A stretch of DNA of 64,000 bases from Schmidtea polychroa (lineage: Eukaryota). The DNA lies in the NCBI GenBank assembly GCA_044892525.1, contig CM097885.1, positions 5,644,001-5,708,000 of the forward strand, given 5' to 3'. The position numbers and the translations under genes were made by a program. Below are positions 37,296-51,895 of this stretch, piece after piece. Position 1 is the stretch's first letter. Every line of letters begins with the position of its first letter. The notes beneath the pieces are model-generated. The model saw only the letters and a program-made list of their open reading frames with translations, searched no databases and was not told where the DNA came from.

Positions 37296-37885
37296 TTATA
37301 TTTTTAAAATTGCAAATAAATCAAATAAATAGAAGAAAAAAAATTAATTTAATAGAAATTTCGAATTTGATCAATCCTGATTCGTCTTCTATACACGCTA
37401 TTCTTTGATGTCGTCGGTGAACTTCTTTTTGAAATGAAAAAGTATCGGAACCCATGACCTTTTTATCACATATTAGGAATTTATTAGGACTGATCGAGAG
37501 TGGGAAAGTGTATGAAGTGAAAGAATATGGATATCAAGATAGATGACGCAATAACGGCTCGCGTATATTATTCAATCAAGCGTCCATTTTAAACACAAAA
37601 TAAGGAAAGTCAGTTTTTCCTCAGAAATGTTAGAAATGGTCTCATGACAATTGAATGAATGAGTGAATGGCCGAATGGGACAAAATATGAATTAACGGAA
37701 CGTGGGGATTCAGAGGAACATGTAATACTACAAGGACTTCATATTTGGTTAATAAAAATAAATAATGATATTTTTATTGAAATTATTAAAATATATTGTG
37801 AATAAGCATCTCAAATAGCCTGTAAACACATGGTACCAACCCTTCTCTATTCTAGGTTGGCCTATCATCAGATTGAGGTTAGTCA

Positions 37886-39705
37886 CATATTTCCAGATCC
37901 GTAAAATATGGATCAATAATTATATATTTCTAGATCAATGAAATATGGATCAATAATTACACATTTCTAGATCAATGAAATATGGATCAATAATTACACA
38001 TTTCTAGATCAATGAAATATGGATCAATAATTACACATTTCTAGATCAATGAAATATGGATCAATAATTACACATTTCTAGATCAATGAAATATGGATCA
38101 ATAATTACACATTTCTAGATCAATGAAATATGGATCAATAATTACACATTTCTAGATCAATGAAATATGGATCAATAATTACACATTTCTAGATCAATGA
38201 AATATGTATCAATAATAACACATTTCTAGATCAATGAAATATGGATCAATAATTACATATTTCTAGATCAATGAAATATGGATCAATAATTACACATTTC
38301 TAGATCAATGAAATATGGATCAATAATTACACATTTCTAGATCAATGAAATATGGATCAATAATTACACATTTCTAGATCAATGAAATATGGATCAATAA
38401 TTACACATTTCTAGATCAATGAAATATGGATCAATAATCACATATTTCTAGATCAATGAAATATGGATCAATAATCACATATTTCTAGATCAATGAAATA
38501 TGGATCAATAATCACATATTTCTAGATCAATGAAATATGGATCAATTATTACATATTTCTAGATCAATGAAATATGGATCAATAATCACATATTTCTAGA
38601 TCAATGAAATATGGATCAATAATTATATATTTCTAGATCAATGAAATATGGATCAATAATTATATATTTCTAGATCAATGAAATATGGATCAATAATTAC
38701 ACATTTCTAGATCAATGAAATATGGATCAATAATTACACATTTCTAGATCAATGAAATATGGATCAATAATTACACATTTCTAGATCAATGAAATATGGA
38801 TCAATAATTACACATTTCTAGATCAATGAAATATGGATCAATAATTACACATTTCTAGATCAATGAAATATGGATCAATAATTACACATTTCTAGATCAA
38901 TGAAATATGGATCAATAATTACACATTTCTAGATCAATGAAATATGGATCAATAATTACATATTTCTAGATCAATGAAATATGGATCAATAATTACACAT
39001 TTCTAGATCAATGAAATATGGATCAATAATTACACATTTCTAGATCAATGAAATATGGATCAATAATTACACATTTCTAGATCAATGAAATATGGATCAA
39101 TAATTACACATTTCTAGATCAATGAAATATGGATCAATAATTACACATTTCTAGATCAATGAAATATGGATCAATAATTACACATTTCTAGATCAATGAA
39201 ATATGGATCAATAATTACACATTTCTAGATCAATGAAATATGGATCAATAATTACACATTTCTAGATCAATGAAATATGGATCAATAATTACACATTTCT
39301 AGATCAATGAAATATGGATCAATAATTACACATTTCTAGATCAATGAAATATGGATCAATAATTACACATTTTAGATCAATGAAATATGGATCAATAATT
39401 ACACATTTCTAGATCAATGAAATATGGATCAATAATTACACATTTTAGATCAATGAAATATGGATCAATAATTACACATTTCTAGATCAATGAAATATGG
39501 ATCAATAATTACACATTTCTAGATCAATGAAATATGGATCAATAATTACACATTTCTAGATCAATGAAATATGGATCAATAATTACACATTTCTAGATCA
39601 ATGAAATATGGATCAATAATTACACATTTCTAGATCAATGAAATATGGATCAATAATTACACATTTCTAGATCAATGACATATGGATCAATAATCACACA
39701 TTTTC
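37886..39705. repeat. 37-bp tandem minisatellite, ~49 copies
   Basis: Unit ATTTCTAGATCAATGAAATATGGATCAATAATTACAC, head-to-tail with no spacers. Confidence 0.97.
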
Positions 39706-39925
39706 AGATAAAAAAACACAAATCAATTACAAATTTTCAGCACAGAATTTATCAAGTATTAATTTATTAGTTTTTTAAATATCTTACAATTTTTCTCAGT
39801 TATGAAACCTATAATAATTATTGTTATTATAGATAGTGAAAAATCCAAAGGTCACAAGTGATGACCATAATGTATACCAGTAACACTTGATGTGAGATAT
39901 ATTATGTAATTGATTACGCAATGAG

Positions 39926-40235
<310 letters not shown>

Positions 40236-40292
40236 GTCAAAAAAATCATTTTATTATATCATCATTTATAAGTGTCATTTGACCATAATAAG

Positions 40293-41483
40293 TTAGACCA
40301 ATGGATAGCTGGCCATGGTGGCTATCCCACACTGATTTCCCTTATCCTTGCTCATCTTGATGTATCCTTGAATTCCCCATCCGATACCCCAACTGTACAT
40401 TAGTTATTAATATTATATATAAAACCTAACAAACAAACCTATTTTTGACGAGCCAGAAATTCTGACCATTTTCGGTTCCATAGCCGACAGCAAGAACGCC
40501 GTGATCTAATTGGGTAGAAGAGCATTGAACTTCGTTATAAATGCCACTCCTGTAAAGAGTAAAACAAAAGAATTTCAACGTGATTATTACTTGTATAATT
40601 GGAAACTATAATTGCTGGCATCAATGGCCACTGAAATTGGTCCAACTGTAGCAACAGCTGAGGCCAATGCTTGCTCATTACCGTGGGGAATATCCGAGAA
40701 CCCAGTGCAGCTTCCAACAACTTTTGATTTGGCATATGCACAGTTACCGTCCTGTATTCAACACATGAAAATAACCTACTGAATCCTTTACGGAAATTAT
40801 TCTCACCTGTGCAGTGTAAGGATATGTACTTTCAGCTTCGATACCAAATTGTTGGATATATTGAAAGGCGCTGTCCATGAGTCCTCCATTGCAACCGTTA
40901 TTTCCAAAGGAGCCACTGCAATCAACCAGCTGCTGTTCAGAGAAGCTGATAAGGTTTTGGGTTTTTCGATAATGTTGTCCTTCCAAAGAGCCTGTTGTTG
41001 AGAATGACCAACACGATCCACATTGTTGCTAAATGATTCAACAATCATATATTATTAGTATTCATTAATTAATACTTGATTCTTCACAGGGGTCACAAAT
41101 CCCTTAGTTCTCCAATCTACAGAACTTGGTAAAGCTCCCATATTTTCTGGAGCAATGAAATGGGATGAGAAGTTCATTCGTTTTGGTGACACTCCCAAAT
41201 ATCTCGCTCTGAATTCCTCGTTGGTCATGTCAGCGAAATGATTCAATCCGAGTGTATAAGTGTGCTTTCCGAGGTCGTATTCAAGGTTGTGCTGTTGGAT
41301 ATATTTCAGATTTTGTTCCCAGATGATTCTTCTTGAAATTTCATTCAATGAGACGTAATTCTTTCCGAATTGGGTTTTGTAGGCTGCCCATTCGTCATTG
41401 AGTTCGCTGTCAATTATGAACTGCTGAGGCGCGGCACTAACTGTGGCGGCAAGGAATAGAGATATCAGGACGATGATCTGCAT
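40293..41483 (-). CDS. CTSL: Cathepsin L-like cysteine protease, five exons
   Basis: Exons 41483-41076, 41028-40807, 40751-40591, 40549-40439, 40392-40293. Signal peptide, ERFNIN-like and GLNHFAD propeptide, [19 protein letters not shown]. Confidence 0.95.
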
Positions 41484-43094
41484 TGTTTCAATGAGTTTTG
41501 TGGGATTTCATAACATTTATATACTGTAGATTTTTTAATTATATCTCAAGGTTCAATTATTGTTCAATCATCTGATTTGCATTGACTAGAGTCAGGCGGA
41601 CTTGATTATCACGTTTTCTCGTGACTCACTTGAAGGGAGGCTAATTATTAAGTAAATATGTGAAATTCGTTTGCTATTCCAGTTCGAGCACCTTTGGACC
41701 TTGACAAATTCACTATACCAAATCCGTAGTTATCGCAAACGCGAACTGTTTACAACAAGATTCGTGATTGGTTCAAACGACTCTAAAAGATTAAAGGTAT
41801 TGATGGTATTGAAGGTATCGAAGGTATTGAAAGTATTAAAGATGTTCAAAGTAATCAAAGTATTAAATGTATTAAAGATAGAATAATTACTAAAACTAAA
41901 AACTGCATATAAACTTCTCGAATATGATCTGTGAACATTTACTAATAAAAAAAGAGGTGGAAGGAGAGGGGAGGGGAGGGGAGTGGGTAATATGAGGAGA
42001 TAAAATAATTAATATCACGAAATATTTTTAAAAGTTTAATTCATAAATTAATCATTTTAATTTAATTGTTAAAATTATTTTATTTTTTGTTTAAATGGTT
42101 GTTTAATTTCCGGCTAAATTATCCTTAGGTTGGTTCACGACATTCGCTATTGTTTTATGTTTAAAAATGAGCATATCAAAAAATTTTGAATTTAAAGAAA
42201 AAATAGAAAAAAAAGAAAAAAAAGGAAAAAAAAGAAAAACAAAGAAAAACAAAGAAGAAAACAAAAATTTCTAGGTCTTATTTTGTCATTAAAAACTGAT
42301 TTAAATATGTAGGGGGTCCAGTGTAAGCATCACCCAGTGGCTCAATTATATATTTTGCGGCCCTGTCAATATATATAAAATATACAATAGAGATGTAAAA
42401 ATGAGACTTCGTATTTATTTGAAAAGTATAAAATTTAATTTTATTATTTTACAATGATATTTTTGTCTAAGAAATTGATAAGATAGCATGGAAAGATTTC
42501 TTATTTGCAAGGTGCTCATTGGAAACCTTAAGTAATTTATTCATTTATCATAAAGTGATGTACGGGCCAGACAGCTACTCTCTCCTTGACATTAAAATAC
42601 TCTATCTACTATATGATCTTATATCATTGGTCGGGTATTTATTGGATTATGACATGATGACTTGATCAATTTGCATTTTAACTCCCAACAATATATTAAA
42701 ATTTATTGATAATAAAAGTTGTTAACTATTACAATGTCATTACAAGGATACCTTGATGTACTCACCCGTGTAATATAATAGCAATAGGTAAGCTTGATTC
42801 ACGAGATTATTCGCATGGAAACGAATTTTGATTTTTACTAATTTGGTCTTTATTTATCACTTTATTCACTCCCTTTAATTATTTTTTCGATTGAGGAATT
42901 GCATCCATTCAAAGTACAATAAAACTCATTTTGACACTCTTAGGAGTCATAAATTAGGACACTTTCTTTGACCACTTCTCTTTTCATTTATATTTTTGCT
43001 TTCATTTGATCTGATTTTTTCCTATAAATATTTAGTTTATCGTCATTTCGACATAAATTCCCATGCTGCCTCTTTCAAATGTTAATAGTTGACA

Positions 43095-43690
43095 AAGTCT
43101 ATGCCAAAAATTCGTGAATATAAAAAAACATCGATATCCTTACTGATTTATAGTCAGAATTTTCTAATAAATACAATGTCAATTGAAAAGAAAGAAATCA
43201 GAGGTGAAAATTGAAAAAAGTTCTTATAATAAATAAATAATAAATATTATTTGCTTAATAAAATTTTTTAAAATAAAAAATAATATTATCAACCGGCCCG
43301 CTTAAATAATTCAGATATTTTGCAATCCGCGATGAGAAACACTTATCCAAAGTATTTTCATTCAACAATTTATATTAACAATCTCAATAAATTAGTTATT
43401 GATTGAATATTTACCCAAAGGGATTGTGATCTAATCAATAATATTCCATTGTATTTATTAAAAAGTTTGACTATAAATCAGTAATATATCGATGTTTTTG
43501 ATATTCACTAATTTTCGGCACTGCCTTTTTCAAGTGAATTTGAAAATCACTTGGAAGAAAAAAGAAGCAATGCCAAAAATTTGTGAATATCAAAAAACAT
43601 CGATATCATTATTGATTCATAGTCAAGCTCTTTAATAAATACAATGTCAATTGAAAGAAATCAGTAGTGAAAATTGAACTAAGTTCTTAT
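43095..43690. repeat. Three copies (direct, inverted, direct) of a ~100-bp dispersed repeat also at ~35670-35760
   Basis: GCC.AAAATT.GTGAATAT.AAAAA.CATCGATAT...TAGTCAA...AATAAATACAAT at ~43100, ~43445-43520 (reverse strand), ~43570 and ~35675. Confidence 0.6.
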
Positions 43691-44336
43691 AATAATATTC
43701 CATATAATATTCTTTCCCAATAATTATAAAAACTCCTATAGAAAATTATTTTAAATTTGATGACTATTACTATGTTTTTTGAACTTTGCAGGAGGCCAAG
43801 TTCCTGACCTCTAATCTAGAAATGACGAGAAGCCTATAATTTGTCAGCCACTAAGCCAACTGGAGTAAAAAAAGTATTTTTAAATAAATTAAAAGGGTCT
43901 GAAAAATGTTTGAAGTAAACTTACCTTTGTTTGACATTCACTGGTATTGAGTCTCTTTTTTACTCACATTTAAAAAACGGCCACATTTATATAAATATGA
44001 AATTTAAAATAATATTTTCTATAAGAAATCTTTTCCCCCTCATTTTAAGGATCATTTTATTCCCCCCCTCCCCATGATATTCTGTGCCTACGCTAGTTTT
44101 CTGAGTTAAGTTGTTTTATCGAAAAGAGAATAATTTCACCTTTACCTTGCATCCCTGTATACCTTAACTCTTTTCTGGTCTCTCAGTTTTAGAAACTTTT
44201 TTATCTATGGAGAGCGGTATTCAGAGTAGGCAAAAGAATTTTATGAGGAAATAAAAAAATAAAAGTATTATCATTATTATTTTCATAATCACAAGTAAAA
44301 TAAAATTTCTATTAAAACAAAATAATCATTGCAGTC

Positions 44337-45541
44337 TCAAACAAGAGGATAACTGGCCATCGAAGCTATTCCACATTGATTATGATGGTCCTTGGTCATT
44401 TTTATGTACCCCGAAAGGCCCCACTGTGGTCCCCAGCTGAAGAAGATTAAAAATAAATTTGTTTCATTTCAGAAAAAGTAACCTATTTTTAACGATCCAG
44501 TAATGTTTATTGTTCTGTCTTCCATATCCAACTACAAGGACTCCGTGATCTAGACTAATGGGGGAGCAAGTTTTTTCATTATAGATTCCGCCTCTGAAAT
44601 ATTTTTCAAGTCAAAGGATCTTTTGAAGATTAAAATTTCACTTATATAATTGAAAAGTCGGTTTGCTCGCGTCGATTGCCACCGATACCGGACCAACTGT
44701 AGCGACAGCCTTTTCTAAGTCTTTCTCATTTCCTCTTTTTATATCAACAAATCCCGTGCAATGGGCAACAACCTTCGAGGCGTCATACTGGCAATCTCCT
44801 TCCTAATTAGAAAGCGTTTATTGTACAATATTCGAAAGTTTTATTTGTAATCACTTTTGCCGTGTAAGGATAATCTGCCTCCGATTCCAATCCGAATTGT
44901 TGAATATATTTAAATGCGTTATCCATCAGGCCGCCATTGCATCCACTATTTTTAAAAGGTTTGCTACAGTCAACGAGCTGCTGTTCAGATAAGGAAATTA
45001 ACTGACCAGTTTTACGTTTATGTTGACCTTCTAGTGACCCAGTAGTGGAAAAAGACCAACAGGATCCACAATTAGCCTAGGATAGAAATATATAAAACGA
45101 GAATTGTCCGAAATACATCCATACTTGATTTTTTACGGGAGTTACGTACCCCTTCTTTCTCCAATCCACTGTCTTCGGGTGATCGACAACATTTTCTGGG
45201 GCCAAGAAAATTGTTCTTGTATAATTCTTGTTTATTGGTTTCAATCCAAGAACTTTTGTCCTGTATTCTTCGTTAGTCATATCTGCAAATTCATTCAGCC
45301 CGAGGTAGTAGGAATGTTTTCCGAGATCGTATTCAATATTGTGTTGCTGTATGAATCTGAGATTTTCTTCCCAGATCAGTCGTCTAGTTAATTCGATTAA
45401 AGATTCGTATTTTCTTTGGAACTGGGTCTTGTACATATTCCATTCTTCGTTCAATTCCTCGTTAACTTGGAACTGTAATTTCACGCCACTAACGGAAACA
45501 ACGCACAATACTGCAAACAGAATGATTTTCATTGTCAGCAT
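44337..45541 (-). CDS. CTSL: Cathepsin L-like cysteine protease paralog, five exons
   Basis: Same intron positions as the neighbour (first intron 45124-45077); [26 protein letters not shown], ends MASYPLV*. Confidence 0.95.
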
Positions 45542-46386
45542 AAATTTGATATAATTACGCTGAATTTATACGGAGATCTTGATCCATATGGTAATGACAT
45601 GCGATTGGATAGCATTTGTTTACAGCATACGGCTAGGTAACGCAAAGGTTTTAACATTCTCTGTCACATGAACCTAAATCGTATGTAATAATGTAAAGAT
45701 TAATGTATACAATGTGCCCTCTCTACTGTATGGTTATGTTTATACATTTACCGTTCTAGTTGTATATGTAATGGACTTTACCATGTGATTAACAGTTATT
45801 TATATCGTAGAATAATTGATTATAATTCCTTTTTCAAATAATATAATCTTCAAATGATTAATTTATATTTCATTTAAAATTTTAAAATTTTATTTAAATT
45901 AAAAAAAAATTTAAATCATTTTTTTAATTTTTTTACTGTATATTTGGAAATGTGTAATAAAGATATCTATAACTCATTTTGGGTTATTTGTTTGTCTTTT
46001 TTTAAATGATACTTATTTAAAATGAAATTTTTTTTAAATTTTTTTATAATTTTTTACATACCAAAAATAAAATTTCAAGAAAAATATTTAGAAATAAGAA
46101 AAAAATGTTGTGTAAAAATATTTCATAAAAAATTTATTTCAATTTTTTGTCATTTTAATTTAAAATATTTTAAATTAATAAAAATAAATAAATTTTTTTA
46201 ACTTAGTAATTAAAGTTTTTGGAAATTATAATGACCAAATTTAATAAAATCTTTTATAATTTTCACTATTGTTCAATTATTTTATTTTAATTGATTTCAG
46301 ACAGTCGATCAATATTTTGTTTTATATTTAATACGAATTATCGACACAACATTTTTCATGTGTTTGAAAAAACTGCGGAAATTTTC

Positions 46387-47346
46387 TGTCGAATAGAGAA
46401 CAAAATATTGATCAGTAGCCGGAAAGAAAGGAAGACATATGAAATTGTAAACGAAAACAAATTAAAAGTGAACAAGTCAGAAGATCTTAATGGCAAAGAA
46501 AGATATGATAAAAATAGAACTATAAAAGGGTACAATCAGACATGAAATGGGAAAATGCGCAAACCTGAGAAAGTGGAATAAAGGGAAAAAAGTTATCGAA
46601 ATTGAAGCTGGAAAACGGGAAAAGGGTAGATTAGGGGATGGTGAAGAAGACAGTGAGCAAGAAATGGTTAGAAAGTGTGTAGAAACAGGTAAAACAGACA
46701 AATGTGGAAAAACGTAAAATATTAATCAATTAATTAATTGGCTAATGGGAAACCCGAGCTAATGGAAAGCCCGAGCCAATGGAGAACCCAAGCGATGAAA
46801 AAAACCCGAGCACGGCAATTTGGAAGGGTAAACAAACGAGGAATTCAGAGGGCAATTATCCAAACAACCGGATAAACGAGGGTAAACAAAAGAAGGGGAA
46901 TTACGAAGAGGGTCAACAGAAATAGCCAATTAGGGAATGATATCTAAAGAAGTCAAAACCAATTAGGTCAAAAATGGGGCAATTACAACGATTATGGGAG
47001 TATATAAGGAAACTCAACATTCACATAATCGGCAGTAGCCTGTAGGGAAGAAGAAATAGACGCTAGGATTTCGAGGAATAAAATAAAAGAAGAAAAGAAT
47101 TATAAGAGGAATCGAAGAGTTGGAAAGGAATATTAAAAGAGTTCGAATCAGAGAGCGGAATCAAGCAAAAAAAGGTGAAACTTAATTTTAAATCGTACAA
47201 GGTTGAGACCTTCAGAGCGGAGTATATATATGTTGTATATACTGACAGTTAACAAATATATTATATAAGGTAAATAAACAGAAACATTAACCTCAACTTT
47301 TATTGAAATAAAATTAATTAATCAACCTTGTTTTCCTTTGGATACA
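46387..47346 (+). mobile_element. Solo-LTR-like element related to 26988-28023
   Basis: TG...CA ends; shared block TAATTAATTGGCTAAT..AAACC.GAGCT...GAGCCAATGGAGAACCC and GAGTATATAAGGAA. TSD not confirmed. Confidence 0.55.
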
Positions 47347-47934
47347 AATATATAAATAATCTTTCTATGATGTTTTAAACAGATCTTTGATCGTCTTCTT
47401 TTTAATTCAAAGGATCTTCTCATGAATATATAATTGTTAATATAAATGTTCTTTTCGATTGATTTTTTTATTTTATTCAATTTTTTAAAGCGATAGTTTA
47501 CTATGGTAAATTATCGCTATACAGATTTTTTAAAAAAAAAGAAAAAATCTTCTCCACGTGCAACACGCGGTGACTAAAATTGTAACTTCCATTGAATTAG
47601 GACAAACAATAAAAAAATAAAATATAACAATACATTACAATTAGTTTTGAATTAGCAAAACGAGAATTTTGAGCAAAGGTGAGAGGTGGTCTGCATAATT
47701 ATTTTGTTTTGAACAAATTTTGGTCGTTGGATAATTCAATTACGCAAGAGGAAAACCAGTATAAAAAGAAACGACATTCGTTGTCAAGTTAGTAGGTAGA
47801 TAGTGGCCTACGGGAACAATTACCCCCCCCCCCCGGGGGGGGGGGGGGGGGTTGTTCCCAAATTTTTATTACGCAATTGTTCCCAACTCATTTTTTTGCT
47901 TTCAGGGATTTTTGGTCCAAATTTTTTTTTATCA

Positions 47935-50900
47935 CACTATAGTGAGGGGGTCTCGATGGTCCTGGGATTTTCAATACAAATTAAATTTTTCTATACAAAA
48001 ATCCGACTACCACTAAAAAAGCCAAGGATTTTTCAGACTATAGTGAGGGGGTCTCGATGGTCCTGGGATTTTCAATACAAAAAATTTTTTTCAATACAAA
48101 AAGCCGGTCTACACTAAAAAAGCCAAGGAATTTTCAGACTATAGTGAGGGGGTCTCGATGGTCCTGGGATTTTCTATACAAAAATCCGACTACCACTAAA
48201 AAAGCCAAGGATTTTTCAGACTATAGTGAGGTGAGTCTCCTTGGTCCTGAGAAATAGGTGTTCTACACTAAAAAACGTGGTAATTTAAGGTCTCGGGATA
48301 TTTTCAATACAAAAAGCTGGTCTACACTAAAAAGCATGGTAATTTAAGGTCTCAGGATATTTTCAATACAAATAGGTGGTCTACACTAAAAAAGCCAAGG
48401 ATTTTTCAGACTATAGTGAGGTGAGTCTCCTTGGTCCTGAGAAATAGGTGGTCTACACTAAAAAAACGTGGTAATTTAAGGTCTCAGGATATTTTCAATA
48501 CAAAAAGCTGGTCTACACTAAAAAAGCATGGTAATTTAAGGTCTCATGATATTTTCAATACAAAAATCCGACTATCAATAAAAAGGCATGGTAATTTAAG
48601 GTCTCAGGATATTTTCAATACAAAAACTGGTCTTCACTAAAAAAGCATGGTAATTTAAGGTCTTAGGATATTTTCAATACAAAAGCTGATCTTCAATAAA
48701 AAAGCATGGTAATTTAAGGTCTCATGATATTTTCAATACAAAAATCCGACTATCAATAAAAAAGCATGGTAATTTAAGGTCTCATGATATTTTCAATACA
48801 AAAAGGCGGTCTCACTAAAAAAGCATGGTAATTTAAGGTCTCAGGATATTTTCAATACAAAAATCCGACTATCAATAAAAAAGCATGGATTTTTCGAATT
48901 AAATTAAGGTGGGTCTCCTTGGTCCTGAGAAATATGTGGTCTACACTAAAAAACGTGGTAAATTTTTTAAAATTAAAGTAAATTATGGTTCTAAAAATTG
49001 AATTACAGTAAATTATGGACTAAGATTTTTAAATTACAGTAAATTATGGTCCAAATTTTTCAATTAAAGTAAATTATGGTTCAAATTTTTCAAATAAGGT
49101 AATTATGGTCCTAAAAAATTAAATTACAGTAAATTATGGTTCTAAAAAATTATATTACAGTAAATTATGGTCTAAAAAAAAATTGAATTACAGTTAATTA
49201 TGGTCCAAATTTTAAAATTACAGTAAATTATGGTCCAAATTTTTGAATTAAAGTAAATTATGGGCTTAGATTTTTCAATTAAAGTAATGAATGGGCTCAA
49301 ATAACTAAATTAAGGTTCAAAATTTTAAATTAAAGTAAATAATGGTCCTAAAAAATTAAATTAAAGTTAATTATGGTCCTAAAAAATTAAATTAAGGTTC
49401 ATATTTTCGAATTAAAGTAATTAATATGCTCAGATTTTTCAATTAAAGTAAATAATGGCTCAAATTTTTCAAATTACAGTAAATTAAGGTTCTAAAATAT
49501 TAAATTACAGTAAATTATGGTTCTAAAAAAATTAAATTACAGTAAATTATGGTTCTAAAAAATTAAATTAAAGTAAATTATGGTCCAAATTTAAAAATTA
49601 AGTAATCAATGGTAAAAAAATTAAATTAAAGTAATAATATTTAAATAAGTAATGTAATATGTAAATTAAAGTAAGATTTTTAAATTTATTAACAAAAAGT
49701 TGAAATAATAGAAGGTGTTTGAGAATTGAAATTTTTTTAATGAAAATTTTCAATGGTAATTTTTAATGGAAATTTTTATGGAATATTTTTCAATGATAAT
49801 TTTAGATGGAAATTTTTAAGATAATTTTTAATGAAAATTTTAATGAAATATTTTTCAAAGACAAATTTTATTAATAATTCAACAACAAACTAACAACTTA
49901 GTACCAACAACCAGTAACTTACGAACATGTAGTTACAACCAGATACCTACAACTAGATACTAACAACTAGATACTAAGTACTAACAACCAACAACAACTA
50001 GGTACTAAGCATTATTAACCAACTACTAAGTACTAACAACCAACCACCTACCAAGTACTAACAACCAACTATCAACCAGATACCAAGTACCAACAATCAA
50101 CTAACAACACATAAAAATAATTGCAATTAAATACAAAATATTCTTCATCAAATACAATATCTTCTTATCAAAATCTAAAAAATCTACCAACTACTTACAA
50201 CCTACCAAGTACTTACAACCACCTACCTATTAACTAGTTACAACCAGCTAACAACCAGTTACCTGATACTAAGTACCTACAACCACCTACTAAGTACCAA
50301 CAACCAGCTAAAAACTAACAACTAGATACCAAGTACTCACAACCAACAACAACCAGGTACTAAGCATTATTAACCAACTACTAAGTACTAACAACCAACC
50401 ACCTACCAAGTACTAACAACCAACATCAACCAGGTACTAAGCATTAATTACCAACAACCACCTACCTATTAACTAGTTACAACCAGCTAACAACCAGTTA
50501 CCTGATACTAAGTACCTACAACCAACTACTAAGTACCAACAACCAGCAAAAAACTAACAACTAGATACCAAGTACTCACAACCAACAACAACCAGGTACT
50601 AAGCATTATTAACCAACTACTAAGTACCTACAACCAACCACCTACCAAGTACTAACAACCAACATCAACCAACTACTAAGTACCTACAACCAACCACCTA
50701 CCAAGTACTAACAACCAACTAACAACCAGATACCAAGTACCAACAACCAACCAACTAGGTACTAGATACTAAGTACTAACTACCAGCTAACAACTAGCTA
50801 CCAAGTACTAACAACCAACAACCAGCTAACAACTAACTACCAGATACCTACTACTTACAACCAACAACTAAGTACTAACAACCAGCTAACAACTAGATAC

Positions 50901-51100
50901 CAGGTACTAAGCATTATCAACCAAGTACTAACAACCAACAACAACCAACTACTAAGCATTAATTACCTACAACTAGTTACTAACAACTAGATACCAAGTA
51001 CATACAACCAATAACTAAGCATTATCAACCAAGTACTAACAACTAGATAACAAGTACTAAGCACTGTCAACTAGATACCAAACACTTACAACCAGATGAC
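47935..51100. repeat. Stacked tandem arrays in the left arm (mirrored at ~61250-64000)
   Basis: ~50-60-bp GGTCTC-containing units at 47935-48960, ~30-bp AAATTACAGTAAATTATGG units at 48960-49620, and a strand-biased AAC/AGTACT array at 49880-51100. Confidence 0.9.
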
Positions 51101-51430
51101 CACATGAAATTATTGGTTAAATATGAACATAAGGGTTATAATTAGTTGTTAAGTAAATTATGGTGTAAAATTAAGAAATAAAGAATAATTAGGTAAATTA
51201 AGGATAAGTAAATTAAAGTTAAAAATTTTAAATTAAAGAAAACAATGGTTCAAAATTTAAAATTAAGTATCCAATGGTTCAAATTTTAAATTAAAGCTAA
51301 AGTAAGATTTTTAAATTTATTATCAAAAGATTGAATAACCACCAACTTTTTTGAGAAATGTAATTTATAATGAAAATTTTAATGGAAATTTTAATGGAAT
51401 AATAATAATAATAATTATAATAATAATAAT

Positions 51431-51490
<60 letters not shown>

Positions 51491-51895
51491 TCAACAATCA
51501 GATTCCAACAACGATCATGTATTTTTAACTAGGTGCTGACAAATAAGTACCAAATACTTTCAACGTGATACCACGTACTAACTCTCAAACAACCAGATAC
51601 TTACAACTAACTACTTACAATCAACTAAATATTTTTTATTGTATTTTATGAAATGCTTTTTAAAATTAATAATTTTAATTACAATCAGTAGAAAAACCTT
51701 TTCAAATTTAACAAAAAATGTTGATTTTCATCAAAAAAACCACAACTCATCACCACGTGAAATTCAAAATAATTTAAATGAAAGACTAATGAATTCTAAT
51801 TTACAAAACATTCTTCTTTTAATTGATAACTTATTATCGCAATGTAAAAATCGCATTCAATAAATACTTATTGTTGATCAGTTTTATTATATATA

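Noticed and set aside
37886..39705. 37-bp repeat array as a CRISPR array
   Set aside because: Units are contiguous with no unique spacers, there are no cas genes, and the context is eukaryotic.
49880..51100. Strand-biased AAC/GTT-rich array as telomeric repeat
   Set aside because: No regular TTAGGG-type unit; it is an irregular mosaic of AAC, AGTACT and ACCT words.
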